Shown here one piece after another: positions 29,345 through 39,094 of a stretch of 64,000 bases of DNA. Each line of letters starts with the position of its first letter. The first letter of the stretch is position 1. The notes beneath the pieces were generated by a model, which made no database searches, was not told where the DNA came from, and was given only the letters and a program-made list of their open reading frames with translations. This DNA is from a virus (lineage: Duplodnaviria > Caudoviricetes): IMG/VR virus record IMGVR_UViG_3300044716_000122, positions 31,046 through 95,045 of that record; one strand, given 5' to 3'. A program made the position numbers and the translations under genes.

Positions 29345-29533
29345 TTACAATTTAATTTTTAGGGTTGCATTTGTATCGCAGTCTAAACAATCAGCATACT
29401 TAAGGAAGCGTGCTAATGCTCTAGACTTTTTGTAATAGGGTTTTGTTAAGTACTTGATATGCTGTAGTTCCTTGTAGGCAGCCATAGCTAGTTTTTTCTT
29501 AACAGTCAAGCTCAAATCTTCTGAGTAGGTCAT
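29345..29533 (-). CDS. Small hypothetical structural protein
   Basis: ATG at 29533 (MTYSEDL) gives a 62-aa product that fills the gap. Confidence 0.5.
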   Translation of the reverse strand: MTYSEDLSLTVKKKLAMAAYKELQHIKYLTKPYYKKSRALARFLKYADCLDCDTNATLKIKL

Positions 29534-30005
29534 CGGCTTTCTTATATAATTCAGTAGCTTTTGCAGGATTGCAAAGGTCAGCATGTGCCTCAGCTCCCTT
29601 AAGCAAAAACTCAATTTTGTCTAAGTAATATAACATCTTCTCATCATCACAGCAGTCTACATGTTTAGCCCACTGAACTCCAAGACGACAATCAATTTTG
29701 CAGGTACGCAAATGGTACCTAGTACATACTCCTACATTAGGGCAAGGAGCAAATTCCAATTTGTACACACCATCAGGAAGTGGAGTAAAGCTATCTGTCT
29801 CCTCTACTGTTAGTCCAAAAGAATAAGCAGTAAATATGTTTACCTCACTTACTACAAACTCAAAGTTAAAAGGGTCATCAAACCCAGGTAGAGTAATACT
29901 AATTTCTGCACTAGTGGGAACTACTGGATAAAATGATGTATCCAAGATAGATAAGAAAGCGCAGTCTTTGGCTTTTAATGCTTCGATGTTTAGTTGTACA
30001 TTCAT
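29499..30005 (-). CDS. Tail hub-like structural protein
   Basis: 168 aa; LPDGVY motif followed by a helical C-terminus. Confidence 0.5.
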   Translation of the reverse strand: MNVQLNIEALKAKDCAFLSILDTSFYPVVPTSAEISITLPGFDDPFNFEFVVSEVNIFTAYSFGLTVEETDSFTPLPDGVYKLEFAPCPNVGVCTRYHLRTCKIDCRLGVQWAKHVDCCDDEKMLYYLDKIEFLLKGAEAHADLCNPAKATELYKKADDLLRRFELDC

Positions 30006-30009
30006 GTTT

Positions 30010-30034
30010 AAAAAAGGGGAGTGTTACCTCCCCT
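30010..30034 (-). terminator. Intrinsic terminator/attenuator
   Basis: AGGGGAG/CTCCCCT stem with a T6 tract on the minus strand. Confidence 0.65.
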
Positions 30035-30049
30035 ATTTATTTTAAAAAA

Positions 30050-30346
30050 TTAGTGAAGGGCTACCCAAGCTGAAGCAGCATAAGCCTCAATTTTTGTAGT
30101 TGTAGAATTGTAAATAATAGTGCCATTTACTACACCAGTCAAAGCATTACGCTCAGTTGTAGTATATGTTTTTAGAGTTACAGTAGAGTTACTAACTTGA
30201 CCCCCTGCAAGATTCTTTACACAGCAAGTAGGATTAGCCAAAACACTTATTACAAAATTCTCCAAAGATTCTCCAGGGATAGAGTTTGTATGTGATGTCT
30301 TAGTCTCCTTAAGGTATGTACCTGATTTTAGAATAATATCTTTCAT
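30050..30346 (-). CDS. Small structural protein (fibre-like C-terminal module)
   Basis: TTTERNAL...GTIIYNSTT...Y....W repeat-type module. Confidence 0.55.
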   Translation of the reverse strand: MKDIILKSGTYLKETKTSHTNSIPGESLENFVISVLANPTCCVKNLAGGQVSNSTVTLKTYTTTERNALTGVVNGTIIYNSTTTKIEAYAASAWVALH

Positions 30347-30369
30347 TTTTGTTTTATTTAATTAAGGTT

Positions 30370-30397
30370 AAAAAAGGGGAGAGTATTAATCTCCCCT
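30370..30397 (-). terminator. Intrinsic terminator/attenuator
   Basis: AGGGGAGA/TCTCCCCT stem with a T6 tract. Confidence 0.65.
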
Positions 30398-30404
30398 ATT
30401 TAGA

Positions 30405-32000
30405 TTAGACGTGAAGACTAGTTGGCAATACGTTATTCAACGCAGTAGCAACCGCAGCAGTTACACCTGACGCAGCCAAGATGATAACAGAGTGAGTGTT
30501 CTCAGACTTCTTCTCAAATCCTACTGGAGAAGCGTCAAGATAAGTGATCTCATACATATCGTAAGTTGTAGCACTATTTACGTACAAGAAATTGTTTGAA
30601 TCTTCGTTGTAAATAGGATTCCAATACCTACGAGCATCAGAAGTTGCAGGCAAGTTGTTACCAAAGTAATGACGTTCCATTTCAGCCATAGCCTTACCTT
30701 CACCCAAAGGATACTTAATATCTTGAGTAGTAGTTACAGGAATAGCAGCACAGAAGTTTTCGATATCGAAATCTTGAGTATTGTAAGGACCTTCGTGGAT
30801 GCTTACTTTGAAACGTACCAAGTTGAATACATAAGGAACTGCATCAGGAACACAAGCGTTTCCGAATTCATCCATAGCATTACCAACAAGTTTAACACCA
30901 CAAGCAGTTACAGCAGCAGCAGTTACCAATACTTTCTCCCATGCAATGTTATTGTAAAGAGGCATCAAAGTGATGTCAGAAATCAAAGGAGTTGCAATTT
31001 CAAACATACTGTTACCCAAAGAATCTGCATCTGAATCTCCATCTGTATCAGCAGTAAAAGTGATTGCACCATAAGTTGCAGCAGGGTAGTATGCTTTCAA
31101 AGCATTTAACAAAGTACCTTCTGCTCCAGTAGTAGCAGTAACAGTGATAGTAAAGTCATCAGCAGTAGTAGTACCACCTGTGATTTTAGTACCAAGAAAA
31201 GTGATTACTTCTCCGATAGCGTACCCAGAACCTGCCGCATTAACTGTAACTGCAGTCAAAATTCCTCCTGCAACAGTAAAGTTAAAGGAAGCACTAGTAC
31301 CACTACCAGAAGTAGAACTTTGAGTAATAGCAGTATAACTACCATCAGTAAATCCAGTAGCAGCAGTAGTATTTAATACAACAGTTGATGCACCACCTAC
31401 GTTTGTACCTGGATCAGGAAGAGTCAAAGTATACTTGTAAGTAGGCAAAGTACCTTTATAAACATAACTAGCAGTTACATACTTGCTCAACAAAGGAGAA
31501 GCGTTAATCTTACCAGCAAGATCGCTCATGTAAGTAGAGCAACCCAAAGAGTCACATCCACCTGCACAATCAGCGCAACAAGCAGTCTTAATGCTTACTG
31601 ACTCTTGGATCATAGGTTGGAAAACACCTTTGCTCCAGTATTCGTCAATTTTCAAAGTAACAACATACTCTTCATCGCAAGAGAAAGAAGGAGACTTAGA
31701 GTCGTTAACTTCGTCAAAACCGATGTAAGAGATTTGTTGTTTAATGCTAGTATCAGCTACAGTCTTAACTGCAGAGATAATGTTAGAAACTTTAATAGCA
31801 GAAGTCTTGAAAGAACCGTATTTGCTACCAACTGCAGCAGATCCGATAGCTACCAAGAAATCAGCATCAGCAGTAGTACCACCGATGTTAGAAAAAGTAG
31901 TAGGGTTATAAATACCCAATACTTGCAGACCCAAAGCGTCAGTAGTCAATGAAGTACTAACTGAGCTAGGTACGAAAATTTGTGTGATTTTGTGATTCAT
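30405..32000 (-). CDS. Auxiliary capsid/structural protein with an inserted beta domain
   Basis: 531 aa downstream of the major capsid gene; GEGKAMAEME and YDMYEITY motifs. Confidence 0.55.
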   Translation of the reverse strand: MNHKITQIFVPSSVSTSLTTDALGLQVLGIYNPTTFSNIGGTTADADFLVAIGSAAVGSKYGSFKTSAIKVSNIISAVKTVADTSIKQQISYIGFDEVNDSKSPSFSCDEEYVVTLKIDEYWSKGVFQPMIQESVSIKTACCADCAGGCDSLGCSTYMSDLAGKINASPLLSKYVTASYVYKGTLPTYKYTLTLPDPGTNVGGASTVVLNTTAATGFTDGSYTAITQSSTSGSGTSASFNFTVAGGILTAVTVNAAGSGYAIGEVITFLGTKITGGTTTADDFTITVTATTGAEGTLLNALKAYYPAATYGAITFTADTDGDSDADSLGNSMFEIATPLISDITLMPLYNNIAWEKVLVTAAAVTACGVKLVGNAMDEFGNACVPDAVPYVFNLVRFKVSIHEGPYNTQDFDIENFCAAIPVTTTQDIKYPLGEGKAMAEMERHYFGNNLPATSDARRYWNPIYNEDSNNFLYVNSATTYDMYEITYLDASPVGFEKKSENTHSVIILAASGVTAAVATALNNVLPTSLHV

Positions 32001-32011
32001 AATTTTATGTT

Positions 32012-32728
32012 TTATTCAGAGTTTTTGATTAGACGATCTTCAGCAAACACAGCTTGTGCTTGATTGTCATTTGATTGAGCAGCAAACTTAACAGCTAGGT
32101 CGACAATGTCAGACTTAGCATATTCAGGGAGTTCACAGTCTTGATTAACAGAACTACTTCCATCAAACTTTACGTAACCCTGGACATCTATGCTAAGGGG
32201 ATAACGTAAGTATGTAACGTAGACTTGGTCAACTGTAAACTTACCATCAGTATAGACTGTTAAATTATCATTCCCCAGTGTGGCTATCGTAGTTCTCCAC
32301 TTAAACGAAGGGTTATAATTATCATCTAGATACTTAGTAGTAAGTTCTCCGTGTCTAATTAGGTCTACTGTTAAGGGTTCAGAACATTTGTTCTGTGTAC
32401 CTATAGCGTAAGACGAAATATAGAACATATAGTTTACTGCATCTTCCAAAGGGCAGTCATAGCCAATGTGAAAGAGATCGTTTGTTTTATTTGGTTTTAA
32501 AAGAACGTTAGATTGTTTTAACACTTGTAGGTCATCAATCCGTTTTCTGATAGAATCGTATCCTACTTTATAAACGTTGTTAGGATTAAGTTTAGTCTTA
32601 ACCCAACTAACTTGAGCCTTGTTGAGGTAAACCATAATGTCTTCAATCGGGATATCAATATTATCCTGACGGTTGACTTTGTTTAGGGTTAACTTAAACT
32701 CATAGATGAGTTCCTCAACTGGGATCAT
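32012..32728 (-). CDS. Head-tail adaptor/ring protein
   Basis: YLNKAQ, KRIDDL, YLRYP and CELPE...IVDLAV motifs. Confidence 0.65.
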   Translation of the reverse strand: MIPVEELIYEFKLTLNKVNRQDNIDIPIEDIMVYLNKAQVSWVKTKLNPNNVYKVGYDSIRKRIDDLQVLKQSNVLLKPNKTNDLFHIGYDCPLEDAVNYMFYISSYAIGTQNKCSEPLTVDLIRHGELTTKYLDDNYNPSFKWRTTIATLGNDNLTVYTDGKFTVDQVYVTYLRYPLSIDVQGYVKFDGSSSVNQDCELPEYAKSDIVDLAVKFAAQSNDNQAQAVFAEDRLIKNSE

Positions 32729-32743
32729 AGTTTGTGTTTATTT

Positions 32744-33682
32744 TTAGAGAGCGTCAATTCTAGCTTTATTCTTTAACTTGTCCTTAAAGGAATCGTATTC
32801 TTCAGTGTGCTTAGGGTCAGTTAAGAAAAGTTCAAACTCTTCAATTGACTTAGCCCATACATGTTCACCTTCGTATACAATAGAACCTTTAATTCTTACT
32901 ATGTTTTTATCTACTAGGTCTTTAACAAGAGCCTTAACATCAAGCAAGTCATCACTATAAGAAGTGATCTTTGCAAACTGTTCAATAGGATCTCTGTCCA
33001 TTGCACTAGCAGGTGTACGTAAGAATTCATCTATAGCATTATAAACTTCTTCTTCTGTACTATCCATTGGCAATCCTAAGCCGATAAGTTTTTGAATCTT
33101 CTTACGCTTAACTGCAGTCATCTTATCAAGAGATGCAATAGCGCTGTTGATCTTCTTCTTACGTTCAAAGGTTACCTTTGTTTCAACTTCTCCATTGTAA
33201 ACATAAAACTTTACAATTGAGGTGTCTACTTTTCCACTTTCAATGTCATCTAATGAATTGGCTACCATATCGGTTTCCATAATCCAATAGAAATTTACAG
33301 CTTCACGGGGGTTCTCCATGTTAAAGATGTTTTCACCATCTTCTAGGGTAACTCCGTTTTCTTTCATTTCGTCATAGAACGTACTATTAGGTTCTAAAGA
33401 TTCGTCAAGGATCGACTCATAGTAATCTTTCAATTGCTTGATTCGTTGTACCTCAGCTTCCTTTACTTTAGGATCAAAGATGGCTCTGATTTTTGGAGAG
33501 TTCTCATCTAATCCTGTCCTAATAACTCCACGTGAATCTACACGAGGATAAAACTTTCTTGTTGTTCCTGGAATGAATGAGTATCCATTCTGGTACAATG
33601 ATCCTTCTAACGTACGCATGTTAGATGGTTCTCTTTTGTAAGGGCGAATAATGCGCATACCCTTAAGGTTGTTGTTACTCAT
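32744..33682 (-). CDS. Conserved crAss-like protein downstream of the major capsid gene
   Basis: 312-aa ORF in the capsid module. Confidence 0.55.
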   Translation of the reverse strand: MSNNNLKGMRIIRPYKREPSNMRTLEGSLYQNGYSFIPGTTRKFYPRVDSRGVIRTGLDENSPKIRAIFDPKVKEAEVQRIKQLKDYYESILDESLEPNSTFYDEMKENGVTLEDGENIFNMENPREAVNFYWIMETDMVANSLDDIESGKVDTSIVKFYVYNGEVETKVTFERKKKINSAIASLDKMTAVKRKKIQKLIGLGLPMDSTEEEVYNAIDEFLRTPASAMDRDPIEQFAKITSYSDDLLDVKALVKDLVDKNIVRIKGSIVYEGEHVWAKSIEEFELFLTDPKHTEEYDSFKDKLKNKARIDAL

Positions 33683-33725
33683 TTGGTTTGGTTTTTGGTT
33701 TAGGGGTTCTAATCTTTATCTATTT

Positions 33726-33749
33726 GGGAGGAGTGATTAAACCCCTCCC
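33726..33749 (-). terminator. Hairpin after the major capsid gene
   Basis: GGGAGG/CCTCCC stem without a clear U-tract. Confidence 0.35.
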
Positions 33750-33764
33750 TTATAGAATCGTTAA

Positions 33765-35294
33765 TTAGATACGAGGGAATTCTTTAATGATTACTGACTT
33801 AGTAGGATCTTCCAAGAAGATACCGCAGAAGTCTTTCATCATGTAGGTGGAGTAAGGATCTTTGCTAGCAACAACAGTTTGTTGGCTTCCGAATCCTACT
33901 GAACCTGGGATATACTGATAGTACATGTTAGGACGAGTAGACAATTTTACTTCACGGATTCCAGCGTCATCTTGACCACTGATATCCAAAATGATGAAGA
34001 TTGGAGGAGTCTTCTTGTTAGGACCCAATTCCAAGAAAGTTGCATGCTCATTCAATTGCTCTAGTTCTACGAACTCAACTGGACCAGTTTCAGTAGTCAT
34101 GAAGTGATCAAATTGGAAAGCATAACCTTGCTTCAAACGATCTTTACCATCCATGAACTTACCTGCATCTACCATGAAGTTCTGACCGTTGAAATCTTTA
34201 CGGATAGCAGTAGCTGCTAATTCCATACCAGAACGGTTAGTGTAGATTTTAACGCTACGATCTTTGATCAACACACGGTTGTAGAACAAATCTCCAACAG
34301 CAGCACGAATCAAGTTCAAAGAGAACTGACCACGATCATAATAGATAACGTTACCCAAGTGAAGTTGTTGCCACAAACCTTGCTTAGCACGAGTTGGACG
34401 ACCTTTCTCATCTTTAGCGTTACCTTGACGACCCCACATCAATGTGTTGGCCTTCATACGCATCATCTCCATACGAAGCAAACGAGATACTGTAGGCTCC
34501 CAACCAACGATTTTGGTTTTTTCGCCAATAGCATTAACATCAGTTACAGAGTAGTAAGTAATATCTAAAGGATTACCTGTAGCGTCTGTCTGCATACCCA
34601 ACTTGGTTGCATCAGCCCAGTCAGTGATAGTGTGTTCAACACCATACTGTTGCAATACATCAGCCATAACTTCTAAGTTACCATCAAACACTCCCAAGCT
34701 AGAGAATGAAGTGGTGTACTCACCCAAGATGTTACCAATCTTGAAGTACTCAGTACCTACTTGTAAGAAACGTTGGTTAACGAAATCAGAACTAGAAGCA
34801 CCAATTGCACGAGCACGGTACTTAAAACCATTCTGATACTTTTCACCTTCAGCTACAACTTGGATCTGAGTTTCTTGCTCATAACGATGTGCAGTGATGA
34901 TATCGTTTACAACGAATACATTTTTGTCAAACACAATCTCGAACTCTTGTCCATCAATACCAGGTTTAGCAATGCTAGAAGCCAAGTTAACAATAACTTT
35001 AGGCAATTCAGCACGCTTCTTGATTTTGTAGGTGAACACACCATTAGGATCGTTAACCATGAAAGGCTTACCGCTTTTCATAACTAGGTCGATCAAATCG
35101 TTAGAATACAATTTAGTGTCAGTGAATAGACGGATCATCATTTTGTCATACTGGTCAGGCTTAGTGCGCAACATAGTTTCAACAAAATTCTTGTCAGTCA
35201 ATTTACCCAAACCATTCTTAGAATAGAATGAGCTGGTCATGTGGGCGTTAGCTATAACTCTCCCGTTAACCCTTGGAATACTTTGATTAGGCAT
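33765..35294 (-). CDS. Major capsid protein
   Basis: 509 aa; portal-scaffold-MCP gene order, LMWG...GLWQQL motif, codon bias typical of high expression. Confidence 0.85.
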   Translation of the reverse strand: MPNQSIPRVNGRVIANAHMTSSFYSKNGLGKLTDKNFVETMLRTKPDQYDKMMIRLFTDTKLYSNDLIDLVMKSGKPFMVNDPNGVFTYKIKKRAELPKVIVNLASSIAKPGIDGQEFEIVFDKNVFVVNDIITAHRYEQETQIQVVAEGEKYQNGFKYRARAIGASSSDFVNQRFLQVGTEYFKIGNILGEYTTSFSSLGVFDGNLEVMADVLQQYGVEHTITDWADATKLGMQTDATGNPLDITYYSVTDVNAIGEKTKIVGWEPTVSRLLRMEMMRMKANTLMWGRQGNAKDEKGRPTRAKQGLWQQLHLGNVIYYDRGQFSLNLIRAAVGDLFYNRVLIKDRSVKIYTNRSGMELAATAIRKDFNGQNFMVDAGKFMDGKDRLKQGYAFQFDHFMTTETGPVEFVELEQLNEHATFLELGPNKKTPPIFIILDISGQDDAGIREVKLSTRPNMYYQYIPGSVGFGSQQTVVASKDPYSTYMMKDFCGIFLEDPTKSVIIKEFPRI

Positions 35295-35323
35295 AGTAGT
35301 AATTTATTTTTGTTTTGTTTTGT

Positions 35324-36475
35324 TTATTTGAAATACTTTGAGAATACATCTTCGTTTCCTTTATTAGAAGGTGAAGACTTCTTGCTCTTAGTTTTAAGAT
35401 TATTGAACAGAGAATTGGTTTCTTCTGTTACTGCTTTTCTTTTTACAGGAGACAAGTCCAAATTGCTTTGAACTAGTTTTGCTACAGCTAAGAACTTACT
35501 AGGATCCTCTTGACGCATACGAGCTAGTTTATATTCAAAGTCACTAATACGTTGTCCGTTTGGAAGAACGTGAGGCTTAGATAAAACGAAATCAAATAGT
35601 TCGTTTGCAGCTTGTTCGTTTAAAGGATAACCTTCAATAGTACCAGAAGCAATTGCTTTATCTAGTACGTCTGCATATAACTGTTCTCTTTCTTCTTCTT
35701 TTTGCTTCATTACTTGAACCCTTGCTTCACTCTCTTGAGCAAGTACTGCTCTTTCCTGTTGCATCTTCTCTACAAGTTTACCGTGGTATTTTTGAGAGTA
35801 GGCTTCTAAGCGATCATTGTCCCTAGCGTAGTTAAGTTGATCTTGGATTTCATCTTCGTCCATTCCTGTCTTAGCTAGATACAAACGGAAAACTCTTTCC
35901 TGATTTGCTTCTACACCCAAGTCTACATTTTCTACAATCTGTTCGTTAGAGAACATCTGTAGGTATTCTTGTACTGGAACTTTATTGATGAAGATATCTT
36001 CGATCATCTGTACTCCTGCTTCTCCGTAAGTCTCTGTTGCAAGTTGCTCTAGTTGATTCCAAGCCTTGTCTTCGATGGTATCATTCATCTTAGCTAAGAA
36101 GGTTTGTTCATTCCATTCGATCTCTTCGCCTTCTTCTACATTAAGCATTCCTGCTTGTATAAGACCATTGGCAAAAATCTCAAATTGATTTTCATCTCCT
36201 TCTTCATCTTCGTCATCTTCTAGGTTTACTTCTTCCTCTTCTTCTTCTGCAGGTGCAGGAGGAGTTTTCTTTTTAGGAAGTGGCAACTCTTCATCTTCTA
36301 AAGGATCTTGAGAACCTTCTGGTTCTGTTTCCTCAGCTAGGGGATCGTAATCTTCCCCATTTAAGATGTCTGGTTTGACGTTGGCATTGGGATCTTCTGC
36401 GGCATCCTCAAAAGGATCATCCACGGAAAAACTGTCAAAGAACTCTAAGTTCTCTAATGGATTATCATTAGTCAT
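35324..36475 (-). CDS. Scaffolding protein
   Basis: Very acidic N-terminus with coiled coil, between portal and capsid genes. Confidence 0.7.
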   Translation of the reverse strand: MTNDNPLENLEFFDSFSVDDPFEDAAEDPNANVKPDILNGEDYDPLAEETEPEGSQDPLEDEELPLPKKKTPPAPAEEEEEEVNLEDDEDEEGDENQFEIFANGLIQAGMLNVEEGEEIEWNEQTFLAKMNDTIEDKAWNQLEQLATETYGEAGVQMIEDIFINKVPVQEYLQMFSNEQIVENVDLGVEANQERVFRLYLAKTGMDEDEIQDQLNYARDNDRLEAYSQKYHGKLVEKMQQERAVLAQESEARVQVMKQKEEEREQLYADVLDKAIASGTIEGYPLNEQAANELFDFVLSKPHVLPNGQRISDFEYKLARMRQEDPSKFLAVAKLVQSNLDLSPVKRKAVTEETNSLFNNLKTKSKKSSPSNKGNEDVFSKYFK

Positions 36476-36496
36476 AATGGTTAGTTTGGTTTAATT

Positions 36497-36526
36497 CAAA
36501 AATAGTATTTTAAAAAATTAACACAA
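36497..36526 (-). promoter_or_regulatory. Bacteroidota sigma-A type promoter
   Basis: TTG-N19-TATTTTTG upstream of the scaffold gene. Confidence 0.65.
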
Positions 36527-36611
36527 GAGATTAATTATTTATGATACGTTATATACAATATGTTGAAATGGGAGATTTTCTGGCTCACAAACCTCCCAAT
36601 TTCAGTTCATT

Positions 36612-39065
36612 CTATTTCTTTTTTGAGCCAGAATCGTATTTGTTTTTATTTGTTTGAGCTATTTTTAGCTTGGTATCTATGTCTTTCTCCTTGAGTGCTA
36701 GCTCTTTCTCTTTCAAACTGAGCTCTTTATTCTTAGTTACTTTCTCGAAAGTTTGCTTAGAAATATCTTGAGCTATTTTAGTTTGTTCAATTAAGAGTCC
36801 AGTAGTATCTACGTCAGGATTGTAAGAACCTTCGTTAGCAATACCTTGAAGTTGTACAATCTGAAGTTTGTTCTCACGATCAAGTTGTTTGTTCATGTCA
36901 TCACGTTGAGCTTCTTTCTCATCTTGGGCAGCTTCCATTTGCATCTTCTGCTGGAACTGTTCTTGTTGTTGTTGCAACTCTTGTTGTTTAAGTGCTTGGT
37001 CTTGTTGACGAATAGCTTCTTTACGTTTCTGTACATCACCTAAAGTCTTACGAAGACTTCTTTCAGAGTTAGCAGTAAACAAGTCTACCATCTCAGAAAG
37101 CTCTGCTCCATTCTGCATAGCAGGCTGAGCCAATTGCTTTAACTGTTCTAGAGTTACTTTGTCTTCTGCGTACGAGGATACAAACACAAACAACTCATGA
37201 AGTAGTTCGTTCTTACTTACTCTTAAGAATACATTCTCTAGTTCAGAGTTAAGATAGTTAAGCGTAGAAGTAGGTTTCTGCAATTCAATGTACTGAGCCA
37301 TATCTAGAATAGTCTGATATACTCTCTGAAGTACGTTGTCATGCCAAGCAAACCAAGTCTCTGTTTGAGCAAAAGATTGAATCAAAGCATTGTTAGCAGC
37401 TGTTGCTGTATCTGATGCCTGTGAGTTACCTAAACGTTGACGAGTAATACCTACCAACTCATAAGCTTCTAGACGAAGTTGTTGAGCCAACTGAATACGT
37501 GCTTGGATTTCTTGAGAACGTGTAAGGTCAATACGAGAGAACTGGTTAAACTGTACAGCTCCTCCTGTATTCTCGATTGAAGTATCAATCAAAAGAGTAC
37601 CTCTGTTCTTAGCATTCCACAACATTGTCTCAATAGGATCCTGAGAGTCTTTCTTAGGAACAACTTTAAGGTCACCTAAGAACACTACTCCAATCTCTTT
37701 CTCTAGTAGTTCCCATAACTGGTTCATACAAATGTTATAAAGAACTTGGTAAGGCTTAAGAAGATCTAATAAAGATTTACCTTGAGTGTTACGAGAAGTA
37801 TTAATGATTCCTACTAGGGGACAATCTTGAATAAATTCTAAAGGTTCTATGTTTACGTAGATGTTAGCTCCAATCTTGATTCCTCTCCACCACTCGTTGA
37901 TCCAAAGTTCTTCAACAGAAATATCTCCTAGAGTTTTATCCATCTTATACTCTTCAGATACAAACATCTCTTGCTGGTATCCTTCTTCATCTAGGAAAGT
38001 TCTTTTAAAGATCTTTTTCTTAGACTGCCAGTAACAGGTAATTACCGTATAGGCATGCTGAGAGTTAAATGAGAATACGTTATGGTCAATACCTCCGTTA
38101 GCAAAGTCACCTACGTTCTCAAATGTCAACTGCCACAAAGGATCGTTAGGATCTGGAAGAGCAGGAGCCATAGGAGAGTATTCGTTGTTTCTTAAGTTCT
38201 GAAGAGAACGATCTCTTAAATGTTCTACTTCTTCTCCTGTTAAAGTATAGCGATCTACAATCTCAGTCATTGAAAGAACTTCAATAAGTCCTAGTGCCCA
38301 ACAGTCTGTTGTATACTGAGCATTACGGTTACCTAAGTACCATACGTTAGAAGGGTTCTCTACTTTATAATTAAATCCTAAACGAGAGTTATCAGGGTAG
38401 AAGTGGTGAAACTCTTTACCTGTTACCAAGAAGTCTAGGAATGATTGTTGAGATTTATCTCTAAAGTTAAAATGATATTTAAGAGCATTAAGAGTTTTGT
38501 TACCCCACTCTTCAGCAACTGAAGTATAATCCAAGATTTTATTCTGGATTTCTTGCTCCATCTGTGCTCTCTGTTCAGGGTCAATCTCTTGTCCTTCTAG
38601 TTGAGCCTCAAGGTTTTTTAAGAAGTGTTCTTTAATCAACTCAGTTCTAAAGTCAATAGTTTCGTTAATTGCTTCATCATCTACAGCTTTTACTTTGTAT
38701 TTGTGAGGACGGTTAATCAACTCTCCCTTTAACTGATTGATAGGAGGGTTTACTATTGGATAATGTTTTAAGTGCTGAGGAACTTCTGGATCTTGGTTAG
38801 GAGCATCTTCCAAGTAACTGATTAGCTCTTGATAATCTGCAACGTTTGTATAGTCAGCAAAGTTAAATTCTCCGTTAAGTAAGCGGTAGTTCTTTCTAAA
38901 TTCTACATTCTGCTTGTATTGTGCAAATGCAATATTTGCAAAATAGTCCATAGTAGACTTTATCCAATGTTCAGACTGCTTCTCTTTTAAGCTTACAAAT
39001 TGCTCGGGGTAGAAGTAGGCATGATTGACAGGGTCAGTATGCTCTTTAAATGCTTCAATAATCAT
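36612..39065 (-). CDS. Portal protein
   Basis: 817 aa; HYPIVNPPINQLKGE, WINEWWRG, LLKPYQVLYN and GITRQRLG motifs; Gln-rich C-terminal barrel. Confidence 0.88.
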   Translation of the reverse strand: MIIEAFKEHTDPVNHAYFYPEQFVSLKEKQSEHWIKSTMDYFANIAFAQYKQNVEFRKNYRLLNGEFNFADYTNVADYQELISYLEDAPNQDPEVPQHLKHYPIVNPPINQLKGELINRPHKYKVKAVDDEAINETIDFRTELIKEHFLKNLEAQLEGQEIDPEQRAQMEQEIQNKILDYTSVAEEWGNKTLNALKYHFNFRDKSQQSFLDFLVTGKEFHHFYPDNSRLGFNYKVENPSNVWYLGNRNAQYTTDCWALGLIEVLSMTEIVDRYTLTGEEVEHLRDRSLQNLRNNEYSPMAPALPDPNDPLWQLTFENVGDFANGGIDHNVFSFNSQHAYTVITCYWQSKKKIFKRTFLDEEGYQQEMFVSEEYKMDKTLGDISVEELWINEWWRGIKIGANIYVNIEPLEFIQDCPLVGIINTSRNTQGKSLLDLLKPYQVLYNICMNQLWELLEKEIGVVFLGDLKVVPKKDSQDPIETMLWNAKNRGTLLIDTSIENTGGAVQFNQFSRIDLTRSQEIQARIQLAQQLRLEAYELVGITRQRLGNSQASDTATAANNALIQSFAQTETWFAWHDNVLQRVYQTILDMAQYIELQKPTSTLNYLNSELENVFLRVSKNELLHELFVFVSSYAEDKVTLEQLKQLAQPAMQNGAELSEMVDLFTANSERSLRKTLGDVQKRKEAIRQQDQALKQQELQQQQEQFQQKMQMEAAQDEKEAQRDDMNKQLDRENKLQIVQLQGIANEGSYNPDVDTTGLLIEQTKIAQDISKQTFEKVTKNKELSLKEKELALKEKDIDTKLKIAQTNKNKYDSGSKKK

Positions 39066-39094
39066 TTTAGTATATTTGTTTTAGTTTAGTAGTA

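Noticed and set aside
39071-39078. Plus-strand TATATTTG that could be an antisense promoter into terL
   Set aside because: No TTG at the expected spacing; it is simply the complement of the A-rich portal leader
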